Origin: a virus
Reading direction: 5' to 3' (one strand)
IMG/VR virus record: IMGVR_UViG_3300024312_000003
Location: 32,001 to 96,000 of that record
DNA length: 64,000 bases
The position numbers and the translations under genes are program-made. Shown here piece by piece: positions 55,381-63,582 of the stretch; positions within the stretch are counted from its first letter, which is position 1, and each line of letters begins with the position of its first letter. The notes beneath the pieces were generated by a model. That model saw only the letters and a list, made by a program, of their open reading frames with translations, was not told the origin of the DNA and made no database searches.

Positions 55381-55674
55381 ATGCTGAATATTACTCTTAT
55401 TGACAACTGGAAATCTGCTTATCGTTTTTACACGATTTGGATTTATTCTTTTATTATTGGTTTTCCAAGTCTTTGGAATGAATTGGTTGCGGCTGGCGTT
55501 ATTCAGAGCGACACATTGCCTGCTGAATTTAAGGCTGCCTTAGCTGTCATTGGTACAATCGGTATTGCTTCTCGAATAGTGAAGCAAAATTTAGAGAAGA
55601 TTACACAAGACGCTGCTGCTAAACTGCAAGCAGAGCAAGCCGATTCTGGATCTTCAGAATCAAGCTCTAAGTAA
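55381..55674 (+). CDS. Putative holin
   Basis: Start at MLNITLIDNWKSAYRFYTIW with AAGGA RBS. Two hydrophobic segments and a charged tail. Only plus-strand gene in the accessory region. Confidence 0.55.
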   Translation: MLNITLIDNWKSAYRFYTIWIYSFIIGFPSLWNELVAAGVIQSDTLPAEFKAALAVIGTIGIASRIVKQNLEKITQDAAAKLQAEQADSGSSESSSK

Positions 55675-55679
55675 AAAAA

Positions 55680-55705
55680 AAAGAGAGGGAGCAATCCCTC
55701 TCTTT
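55680..55705. terminator. Bidirectional terminator
   Basis: aaagagaggga-gcaa-tccctctcttt between convergent genes. Confidence 0.8.
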
Positions 55706-55719
55706 ATGCCTGAGGCATT

Positions 55720-56526
55720 TTAAGTCTTTGGTAGAGTTACTTCAGGTTTTTGTCCCTGATATTTACCACCTCGATCAGAATAAGTTACTCTCGGTCGTTT
55801 GCCTCGATAGAACTGAATCTGAAGCCCGCCTTCATTAGCGTAAAGCTTAGCAGGTAGTGGAGTGGTGTTAGCAAATTCCAAAGTCAAATAACCATTCCAT
55901 CCTGGCTCAACAGGAGTTACGAGACAGTTAATCCCAACTCGCGCAATGGTTGACTTACCCACACAAATACCAACGACATCATCAGGCATGTGGAACATTT
56001 CCACAGTTCTGGCCAATACAAAGGAGTTTGGTGGAATGATGCAAACATCACCTTCGTGATGGACAAAAGCTTTTTCATCAAAAGCTTTTGGATCAACAAT
56101 TGTGTTGTTGATATTCGTAAAGATTTTGAATTCAGGAGCAATTCTGAAATCATATCCAAACGAAGAAAGTCCATAACTTAGAATTTTCTCATTCTTTTCA
56201 TTCCTATTTACAGAATGATTAACAAATGGGAAAATCATTGGTTTTGTTTCGAGTTTTAAAACATTATCTAAATTCAAATCTACCAATTTAATACTGGTGA
56301 TTTCATCTTGAAATGATTTTCCAACTCGATTAGATAACTCTAATGTGAAAAGGTGTTCAAACTTATCAGACGTTATCTTTTCATTGTAAGGTATCTTTTC
56401 TAGAAACCATTTCAATTGAAAATCTTCTAGTCCGATATAAGTAGACTCTTGTCCAGATTGTTCTACTTCCAATACGGCGGATACTTGACAAAGTTGTTCA
56501 ATCTCATGATCGCAAAGAATAGTCAT
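55720..56526 (-). CDS. dcd: dCTP deaminase with an N-terminal insertion
   Basis: [49 protein letters not shown] and [11 protein letters not shown] motifs. Confidence 0.92.
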   Translation of the reverse strand: MTILCDHEIEQLCQVSAVLEVEQSGQESTYIGLEDFQLKWFLEKIPYNEKITSDKFEHLFTLELSNRVGKSFQDEITSIKLVDLNLDNVLKLETKPMIFPFVNHSVNRNEKNEKILSYGLSSFGYDFRIAPEFKIFTNINNTIVDPKAFDEKAFVHHEGDVCIIPPNSFVLARTVEMFHMPDDVVGICVGKSTIARVGINCLVTPVEPGWNGYLTLEFANTTPLPAKLYANEGGLQIQFYRGKRPRVTYSDRGGKYQGQKPEVTLPKT

Positions 56527-56529
56527 GAT

Positions 56530-58176
56530 TTATTCAAGTCCATTAATAAAATATTTAGTTTTGAATTTACCAGACGTAACAATCACTGTTGCTCCTTCAA
56601 CGTAATAGCCAAGAATAATCTTTTCTTCGTCCGTGCGAATCATGTTCTGTCGGCAATATTGTTCAATTACTGAACGATAAGAGTGCAGTTCATGGAGAAT
56701 TACTTCCGGGAACAAAGGAGTTGGGACTTCAAGTATTGCTTTCTCGCTGATGAATGCAAAATATTCATGATTGTTAAGTTCAGAATTACGAATACCGACA
56801 ACATCAACCTTTTCGGGAAGATTAAAAACGTGACGATCGATCGGATGAACAAAACTAAAGGAGCAAGTGGTCTTCCGATTGTCGATTTGATCATACCTAA
56901 AAATAGGTTTAGCTTCTTGATTAACCATTTGAGAAATCATCTCAAAATTTTTACAAGTGCTATTCAAAACCAATTCAATAGAATCCGCTTTATTGAGAAC
57001 ATCTCTTTTAAAGACATTCCAAGTAATGGAACCACCATCAGTAATGTTGATTTGCTTATCGTCAATTTTCTTATCTTCTTTAGAAGTTAGGTTGTCAAAT
57101 GGAGTGCCTGAAACAACAGGTTCTTCGATTTTCTTTGGAGTCCAACTATAATCATTGACGTCCTCAGGGGTAGCGAAACGCTGAGGGAGAGAGTCAAACA
57201 AACCCAGTTCAATAAATTCCTTTTTAGCTTGTTCGATCAGTTGTTGAGAAGGCGCTACAGTTGGACGAAGATAGTTCTCAGGTTTTGTGTTTGTCAGGAA
57301 TGAATTAATAGCGTAGTTATTGGTAAGAGTTTTAAGACGGATAGAGTCTTGCAGATCTTCAATAAATTGTCCAATAACTCCGTTCTTAAAATTAATAACA
57401 TCAGGAGTATTGTTGGTAACAATTTCCCAAATCAGATTTGATTTTTGTTTTGAAGACTGCTTCGAGCGATCCCATTCTTCAAAAATAGCTAGGAATTTCT
57501 GAAGAGTAGCTTTATGTTTTTGTCGAGTTTTGATTTCGGCGTGATTTTCGAATAGATGGGTAGCTAGTTCAAGTGCTTCTTTATAGTGCGGACTTGACTT
57601 ATAGATGCCGAAAGTATTTGTTACAAACTTATGATCCTGAATGGTTTTAGAAATCATCTTACCGATTTCGCGTTCACCATTTGTAAATGTTTTAAGTTTT
57701 GCATTAAAATTCAGGTGATTAAAACCATCCCATACTTTAAAACCAAACTGAGTTTCATTTGAAGTATAGCCAAAACGAATCTTAGAAGATTCGACAGTAT
57801 TCTTCATTGACTCGAACGACTTTTCAAACTTTGGGTCTTCTGAATAGTTAGACCAAATCAGAGATTTGATTTTGTACTCACCATCAAGATATGCAAGAGA
57901 TCCAAACTTCTTGATGAAGTGATAACAACAATCACAATTGAATCGTTGTCGATGTTCTTCAGGAATACCCATCAGATATTCCACGAACAATGGATTCTTT
58001 GCGTATTTCTTACCAACGATTGGAACGATGCCAGGAATAACAGGTTCTTCATCCAAATGTTTAATATCAACAGAATAAACAGATAGATTAGGATTCAGAT
58101 CAAAAATATCACGAACAGCATTGGTGATCATGGTATCGAGCTTATCGTGATTAAAATCAATAACGATGTCAGTCAT
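56530..58176 (-). CDS. Large hypothetical protein
   Basis: 548 aa with RFNCDCCYHFIKKFG. AAAGGAAACTAAAATG start. Confidence 0.7.
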   Translation of the reverse strand: MTDIVIDFNHDKLDTMITNAVRDIFDLNPNLSVYSVDIKHLDEEPVIPGIVPIVGKKYAKNPLFVEYLMGIPEEHRQRFNCDCCYHFIKKFGSLAYLDGEYKIKSLIWSNYSEDPKFEKSFESMKNTVESSKIRFGYTSNETQFGFKVWDGFNHLNFNAKLKTFTNGEREIGKMISKTIQDHKFVTNTFGIYKSSPHYKEALELATHLFENHAEIKTRQKHKATLQKFLAIFEEWDRSKQSSKQKSNLIWEIVTNNTPDVINFKNGVIGQFIEDLQDSIRLKTLTNNYAINSFLTNTKPENYLRPTVAPSQQLIEQAKKEFIELGLFDSLPQRFATPEDVNDYSWTPKKIEEPVVSGTPFDNLTSKEDKKIDDKQINITDGGSITWNVFKRDVLNKADSIELVLNSTCKNFEMISQMVNQEAKPIFRYDQIDNRKTTCSFSFVHPIDRHVFNLPEKVDVVGIRNSELNNHEYFAFISEKAILEVPTPLFPEVILHELHSYRSVIEQYCRQNMIRTDEEKIILGYYVEGATVIVTSGKFKTKYFINGLE

Positions 58177-58244
58177 TTTAGTTTCCTTTATTTAAAAGAT
58201 ATAAATAAGAGTAATGGGTCAATCCCATTACTCTTATATGTTTC

Positions 58245-58988
58245 TTACTTATTCAGAAGCATTTCTAGGACAATCTTAGTCCAAGGTTCGGCTTTACCAG
58301 TGTCAAGAATCTCCTGCATATCCATGTCACCAATCATCTCAATACCTTCATTTTCTTCATTGGACTTGAAGGTAACATTTTCATCAATGTCAAATACAGT
58401 GACAAGTGCGAAATGATAGATGCCAACGTCCTTATCGTTATCGATAAGAATGAATTGCGGGACAGAATCAAAAAGCAGATGAGAAATGGTTTCATCACTC
58501 ATCTCGTCAGATTGAGAAGATAGCTCTTCGCGAATCTCGCGACATTTAGATTGTTGAATAGTCAGGAACAAATCAATTGAACCCGGCACTGCTTCGAAAC
58601 CGATGGTTCCTTCAACCGGAACACCCTTAGGCATGACGTCATCAATTTCAATATGACCTCCAAACCCAACACTATAGTTACCGAGAAGTCGCTCTTCTCC
58701 CAAGCCCTTTGCTCGACGATAGGTAACAAGCTTGTTACCTTTACGGAAAACAGTGTAAGGTAGAATTTGACGGAACTGACTGTTCTTTTCAAGACCAGCG
58801 CGTCGGCCGATGAAAAGGTGGTCTTCAAGTTGTTCTGTGAATTCTTCAAAATCAAGACCAAGAATCTCTTTCTTTTCTTGAATCTGATATCGTTCATGAA
58901 GAGTTTCAAAATAACTCACCAGTGCGCTTGACTGAATTGCGAGAATGAATTCTTGATGCTTTTTTGCAGGTTGTTGATTTTGCGACAT
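58245..58988 (-). CDS. Nudix-like hydrolase
   Basis: FRQILPYTVF, ERLLGNYSVGFGGHI, REIREEL and VGIYHF motifs. Confidence 0.7.
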   Translation of the reverse strand: MSQNQQPAKKHQEFILAIQSSALVSYFETLHERYQIQEKKEILGLDFEEFTEQLEDHLFIGRRAGLEKNSQFRQILPYTVFRKGNKLVTYRRAKGLGEERLLGNYSVGFGGHIEIDDVMPKGVPVEGTIGFEAVPGSIDLFLTIQQSKCREIREELSSQSDEMSDETISHLLFDSVPQFILIDNDKDVGIYHFALVTVFDIDENVTFKSNEENEGIEMIGDMDMQEILDTGKAEPWTKIVLEMLLNK

Positions 58989-59057
58989 GTGTGGCTTTCG
59001 TGCAATCGGGTTTAAACAGGACTACCATGTCATATGGTAGTCCTGTATTTTTTAGCA

Positions 59058-59606
59058 CTAGTTCATAGCCATAAGAAGTAATGTCGGGAAGCTATCTTGC
59101 TTAACAGCTACCTGAAATTTCTTTTGGTGATTTGTGACTTTACGATAGTATTGGTTAGCGCCACCTGAATAACAAGACACCGCTTTGCGGATATTATTCT
59201 TGTTTTTCTGAATACACTCAACCAAGACGTCAACACCAACATCCACATTCACCACCGGATTATAGATGTTACGATTTCCTATCTTGTCACGATGCCAACG
59301 CGGAATAACCTGCATTAGCCCAGCGGCACCAGCAAATGATTTAGCGCGAGTATTGAACTCACTTTCTTGCAAAATCATGCCGAGCACAAAGTGTGGGTCA
59401 AGCCCATTTGTTTGCGATTTCGCATACACCATCCGAACTGTTTCTCGAATCCTTTCTTCGTTCATGTTCGTTTTGGTGTTCTCGGTAATCCAAATCACAA
59501 TCTTTTCTTGTTCTGTATAAGAATCAATGAAGTTTGCAATTGGATCAGCCAAGACTGTCATTGAAATAAAAAACCCAATGACAAAAGCTAAAGTTTTTTT
59601 CATCAT
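59058..59606 (-). CDS. Lytic transglycosylase (SLT family), exported
   Basis: ILQESEFN, AGAAGLMQV, NVDVG and AVSCYSGG motifs. Start moved to MMKKTLAFVIGFFISMTVLA (signal peptide). Confidence 0.85.
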   Translation of the reverse strand: MMKKTLAFVIGFFISMTVLADPIANFIDSYTEQEKIVIWITENTKTNMNEERIRETVRMVYAKSQTNGLDPHFVLGMILQESEFNTRAKSFAGAAGLMQVIPRWHRDKIGNRNIYNPVVNVDVGVDVLVECIQKNKNNIRKAVSCYSGGANQYYRKVTNHQKKFQVAVKQDSFPTLLLMAMN

Positions 59607-59847
59607 ACTTTCTATAACCTTAAGGTTTTGGGAACACTGATGAAAGTTCCCGTTTGAAAAATACTTCCGAAGAAGCCCAAGAGCTGAATTGCATCTCAAT
59701 CCAAACTTAGTATCTTTCGATGTTTGAATTATGCTGGAGTGCCTTTACTGATCGTGGTTTTAGCACTCATTCAGGTTGTGATCGTTTTAAGTCAGATCAA
59801 AGACTTTTAACAGACTGTTTATCTGTCAGTTTTTTGGTAAATTTTGT

Positions 59848-60027
59848 TCACCAAATTTTGCCAATCAGATACGAAGTCATAGTCATCGAATTCACGACGT
59901 AGTGATCATTTACGTCACGAACTTTAAATCCTCCATCGTATCGCATTTTGATATTTGCAACCACATCAGGAGTGACGGTTCCGACATAACAGACTTCGTT
60001 ACCGATTTGCATGAAAGTTGATTTCAT
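59848..60027 (-). CDS. Small hypothetical protein, 59 aa (not in ORF track)
   Basis: Manual translation MKSTFMQIGNEVCYVG...YLIGKIW*. ATGA overlap with the upstream gene. Confidence 0.5.
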   Translation of the reverse strand: MKSTFMQIGNEVCYVGTVTPDVVANIKMRYDGGFKVRDVNDHYVVNSMTMTSYLIGKIW

Positions 60028-60779
60028 TTTACGAATCTCCTAATAAATCTCTTTAAAAGAGAGGGTTTTTCTCGCTCAAGTTTTATTTCTTGAACAAGTT
60101 CTTTGATTGAAGAGTTAAGATTCTGTAACTCTTCAACGATTTCTGATCTCATACTTGAGACAGAATCAGTAATGGTGGAATGTCCTGAAGTCAACACTGA
60201 TGCTGTTAATGTTTGTTCTAGTTTACCAGTTGATACAGTATCGTTTACTAGTTGTGAAAAAGCATCATCTCCAGATTGAGTTAATTCAAAATGAACGGGC
60301 TTGTATGTTTTAAGACTATCATTACTATTGATAATACTAATTGTGGATAAATTAGAAATTATAGATTCGATATTCTCTTGTTTGTCTTCTGGTTTTGAGT
60401 CGTACTTTTTCATGATGTCTTTAAGTATGTTTTCGACATCATGATCTGGTTTATTCTTTGATTCAATCTTTTTGAGATTACTGTATAAAGTAACCCAAGC
60501 TCTGTGCTTCAATTCCCAGAATGCTTCGATTGGTTGATTTGTTTGATCATTGAAATCTTCGAAGTCGAAAGGAAGATTCAAAGATATCGAATAAACGATC
60601 TTGTCATTTACGATACTTGAATCTACTTTAAACGATACCTGAAAAACAAACTCATTAGACTGAACTTGCATGTGGATTTTAGTATCATCCAACGTTACAT
60701 GATTCAGTCTGTTTTCTTGATAAATCAATTGTCTGATGTTATTAATCGAAGATTTGTATTTTTCGATTTTTTCAAACAT
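60024..60779 (-). CDS. Hypothetical protein
   Basis: 251 aa with a C-terminal coiled coil. Confidence 0.6.
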   Translation of the reverse strand: MFEKIEKYKSSINNIRQLIYQENRLNHVTLDDTKIHMQVQSNEFVFQVSFKVDSSIVNDKIVYSISLNLPFDFEDFNDQTNQPIEAFWELKHRAWVTLYSNLKKIESKNKPDHDVENILKDIMKKYDSKPEDKQENIESIISNLSTISIINSNDSLKTYKPVHFELTQSGDDAFSQLVNDTVSTGKLEQTLTASVLTSGHSTITDSVSSMRSEIVEELQNLNSSIKELVQEIKLEREKPSLLKRFIRRFVK

Positions 60780-60952
60780 TGCTCGTCTTCCTTTTTAACA
60801 ATATTTGTTTTTGGTTTACTCTTGACTTGGTATTTGTACATTAAAGACTTAACATCAGAAGTTACAATTCCAAAAAAGAATATCTCACCATTGAGCATAC
60901 AGAGTTTTTGAGTATTTGGAATATTTGGAAGATAGACTAATTGCGAGATCAT
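60725..60952 (-). CDS. Hypothetical protein
   Basis: 75 aa ORF. Confidence 0.45.
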   Translation of the reverse strand: MISQLVYLPNIPNTQKLCMLNGEIFFFGIVTSDVKSLMYKYQVKSKPKTNIVKKEDEQCLKKSKNTNLRLITSDN

Positions 60953-60964
60953 ATTCTACCTTCC

Positions 60965-61354
60965 TTAATCTTCTAACAAAGGCTGCCATTCTTGCGGGAA
61001 TGAACAATTAACAGCCGTCTTAAACAATGGTGCAATATGGCGGTCTTTATAACCAGCCAACCCGCATCCCACTGCTGTAACAAAGAACTTCTTACCATCT
61101 CCGTAATTGCGAGTGTAGTCGCAAAATTCTTTGATTCTGAATTCGATGTCTTCGAGTGGCAGAGTCTGGATGTATTGATCTTTTGTAGGTATGGCGTAGG
61201 TATTGCCTCGCAAACCAATACCTACGCCATACTTGGCTCCAAACCTAATAGCTGCTTTGGCAGCACCAGCACCATGAATGCCTGCTAGATTAGATCCAAA
61301 TACGAATATCTCACCGTTCTGTGGTAGTGTGCCATTTTGATGATAAGTTCTCAT
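60965..61354 (-). CDS. A1S_2505-like phage protein (macro-like fold suspected)
   Basis: EIFVFGSNLAGIHGAGAA, TYAIPTK and FFVTAVGCGLAG motifs. Confidence 0.7.
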   Translation of the reverse strand: MRTYHQNGTLPQNGEIFVFGSNLAGIHGAGAAKAAIRFGAKYGVGIGLRGNTYAIPTKDQYIQTLPLEDIEFRIKEFCDYTRNYGDGKKFFVTAVGCGLAGYKDRHIAPLFKTAVNCSFPQEWQPLLED

Positions 61355-61367
61355 TGTTTATTCTCCG

Positions 61368-61406
61368 ACATAAGTGACTGGTCTTTTTAGTTACCAGTCA
61401 CTTATG
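61368..61406 (-). terminator. Intrinsic terminator
   Basis: acataagtgactggt-ctttttagtt-accagtcacttatgt. Confidence 0.7.
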
Positions 61407-61416
61407 TTTTTATTAA

Positions 61417-62070
61417 TTAATTAGATTGTGACAAAACAGTTGGAGCGGGAGGAACGAAAGATTTAGGTCCATCAAGACGCTTCTTCTTTGGTTGAAACTC
61501 ACCTTTTCGTTCAAACTTTTTAGGTTGCTTTGACTTCTTTGGTTCTTTCACATCATCGGGTTTAGAAGTCTTGGCTTCGACCGTTTGTGTGTTATCCAAT
61601 TCAGCTCGTTCACGACGTGCTCGTTCTTCACGATAGAATGGATATCCGTGAGGATAGTGTTGGTACTTACGACACATCTTCACCACAAACTTATCCGGGA
61701 TACCAATGGTCGATTTCCCTTCATGATGATTTTCCATGGACATCACATGAACAGTGTATCCATTATTTCGACCGCGAGTGATGTAACTTGCGTACTCAGA
61801 GAAATGTCCGTTGATATTCGTTACAATGATGACTTCAGTTTTCTTTTCTAGAAGTTCATTGAATCGAACATAACATTGAGAAAAAGACTTACTAACATTC
61901 TCCTGCACGAATTCGTATTGTTTCGTTTCAGGATTGATCATGAAGTCATTTGCTTCAATGATTTCAACTGTCTTACCGATGCCTTTGTACAGAGCAAGGA
62001 GTTCGTTAGCCAGAGTAGTGCGACCAGAACCAGGAGTACCTTTGATGATGAAGATTTTCATATAGCTCAC
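61417..62070 (-). CDS. P-loop kinase (AAA_33 / N4BP2-like, polynucleotide-kinase-like) with a basic tail
   Basis: IFIIKGTPGSGRTTLA, ANDFMI..Y.F, IIVTNIN and HEG...IPDKFVVKM pattern. Confidence 0.7.
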   Translation of the reverse strand: MSYMKIFIIKGTPGSGRTTLANELLALYKGIGKTVEIIEANDFMINPETKQYEFVQENVSKSFSQCYVRFNELLEKKTEVIIVTNINGHFSEYASYITRGRNNGYTVHVMSMENHHEGKSTIGIPDKFVVKMCRKYQHYPHGYPFYREERARRERAELDNTQTVEAKTSKPDDVKEPKKSKQPKKFERKGEFQPKKKRLDGPKSFVPPAPTVLSQSN

Positions 62071-62090
62071 TTAAGTAGAACTGTTTACGA

Positions 62091-62235
62091 TGGTGGAGTG
62101 TCTAAAGATTCGAACTTTAGTAAGTGCTTGTAGATTACTCTATCAAATTGCACACAGGAATCATTTACACCTATTTCTAATCCCGTCGAATTAGAAAATT
62201 GGAGACCTGCTAGTTTTCCAATTCCATACCACTCC
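62091..62235 (-). ncRNA. Atypical tRNA-like RNA (145 nt) with a 38-nt anticodon-loop insertion and an extended variable arm
   Basis: GGAGTG/CACTCC acceptor stem plus ACCA, CTAAAG-TTCGAAT-CTTTAG T-arm, TGG/CTA D-stem with GG loop, and CAGG/CCTG anticodon stem. Confidence 0.7.
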
Positions 62236-62260
62236 AAAATATTGAATTACTTTGTAAAAA

Positions 62261-62776
62261 TTAATCTACATTCTCTAAACAACCACATCTACAACACATT
62301 GATTCTGTTGCTCGAAATGACTGAATGGTCTTACTTGATTCATCGAGAGAAATTTCTTGTCCTGGATTAAAAAAAGAATGTTCACAATCAGGGTATAGGT
62401 GTGCTACGAGATGGATGAATATGTCCTTACGCAATGATTCTGAATAAACAGTCATGTGTAAATCATCTTTCACTCCAAGATAACTAGTTATAAAACGAAT
62501 GTCTGTAAGCTCTTTGTGTTTGAAGACATGTTTAAATGGATTTTTATCTGAGAAAATTTTAACCAATTCTCTCTTGTGATTGATCCATTTATGACTGTTG
62601 TATATATTCTCAGGATATCGACCATACATGCCAGAGTCAAATTTTTCAACAACACTAGAAAGACTAATCTTCCAACCAGGCTGAGGAGCTTCTAGATAGA
62701 AACCATTTTTTCCAACATACAGATCAAAAGCATACCTTCCGTCTATAGGTATGTTTAAATATCCTGAGAATCTCAT
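62261..62776 (-). CDS. Hypothetical protein
   Basis: 171 aa with a C-terminal Cys cluster. Confidence 0.6.
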   Translation of the reverse strand: MRFSGYLNIPIDGRYAFDLYVGKNGFYLEAPQPGWKISLSSVVEKFDSGMYGRYPENIYNSHKWINHKRELVKIFSDKNPFKHVFKHKELTDIRFITSYLGVKDDLHMTVYSESLRKDIFIHLVAHLYPDCEHSFFNPGQEISLDESSKTIQSFRATESMCCRCGCLENVD

Positions 62777-62782
62777 AATATC

Positions 62783-63172
62783 CTACTTTCCAGTTAAACG
62801 ATCAATTCGTTTCAGAATTTTATCATCTTTTTTCTTTTGACGTTTTTCATCCACGGCTCGATTCCATTCTTCAATTTCCAATTGTTCTTTTGTTTTGAAG
62901 AATGGATTTGTCTTATATGATCTTGTTTGTTTATTGAGTTTCACGATTTGATTAGTTCCAGTAATTGCATCGGATTCTTTATGCTCAATTGTAATTTTAT
63001 TGGCATCAGAATTGTTACGCAAGTCAGCAATTTCTGAGATCTTTTTGAGTTTTTGAGAATCGTCACATTCAATATCAACAACATCATAACCTGTCTTAGA
63101 CAGAACAGATGCAATTGTTGAACCTAATAGTCCAGAATTCCCACCTCCTAAAACCACGACTCGTTTATTCAT
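62783..63172 (-). CDS. Hypothetical protein
   Basis: 129 aa ORF overlapping the upstream gene. Confidence 0.55.
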   Translation of the reverse strand: MNKRVVVLGGGNSGLLGSTIASVLSKTGYDVVDIECDDSQKLKKISEIADLRNNSDANKITIEHKESDAITGTNQIVKLNKQTRSYKTNPFFKTKEQLEIEEWNRAVDEKRQKKKDDKILKRIDRLTGK

Positions 63173-63440
63173 TCCGACTATTTCCTTGAATCAGTTTATA
63201 AACACTATTTGGAATTTCTTCACCAAAATGATTTCGGTAGATGTTATCAAACACTCTGGTTCTAATCAACCTTGTCTTTGCGATTTTAGCAGACGAAGAG
63301 TAAGCATCTGGAATATATAACAACTCCGATACGGCATGTGCTTTACAGAAAATTAAATCAAGAAGTAAATTCCATGATAGTTTAATCATGGGAGTTTTTT
63401 CTTTATGTTCGTCGTTTATCATTTCTGGAATTTCTTGCAT
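63165..63440 (-). CDS. Hypothetical protein
   Basis: 91 aa ORF. Confidence 0.55.
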   Translation of the reverse strand: MQEIPEMINDEHKEKTPMIKLSWNLLLDLIFCKAHAVSELLYIPDAYSSSAKIAKTRLIRTRVFDNIYRNHFGEEIPNSVYKLIQGNSRNE

Positions 63441-63464
63441 TATAATTTCCTAGATACGTCATAA

Positions 63465-63495
63465 ATAGGTAGTGTGGACTATCCACACTACCTAT
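63465..63495 (-). terminator. Terminator downstream of tRNA-Asn
   Basis: ataggtagtgtgga-cta-tccacactacctat. Confidence 0.75.
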
Positions 63496-63499
63496 GAAT

Positions 63500-63575
63500 T
63501 GGCTCCTCGACCTGGGCTCGAACCAGGGACCTGCGGATTAACAGTCCGACGCTCTACCAACTGAGCTATCGAGGA
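63500..63575 (-). tRNA. tRNA-Asn (GUU), CCA encoded
   Basis: TCCTCGATAGCTCAGTTGGTAGAGCGTCGGACTGTTAATCCGCAGGTCCCTGGTTCGAGCCCAGGTCGAGGAGCCA, a 76-nt canonical cloverleaf. Confidence 0.97.
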
Positions 63576-63582
63576 ATGGCTA

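Noticed and set aside
59630-59725. Hammerhead-like CTGATGA...GAAA on the + strand
   Set aside because: Stem II is only about 3 weak bp, and stems I and III cannot be closed around a UH site without bulges. The sequence is better explained by the minus-strand hairpins.
62091-62235. tmRNA or tRNA-Sec interpretation of the tRNA-like RNA
   Set aside because: It is too short for a tag ORF and pseudoknots and has A3-U70 rather than G3-U70. The anticodon is CCA rather than UCA, and the D-arm is not the long Sec-type stem.
62783-63172. Rossmann-like start (VVVLGGGNSG) suggesting an oxidoreductase
   Set aside because: Only one beta-alpha-beta unit is present, followed by unrelated charged sequence, which is too short for a dehydrogenase.
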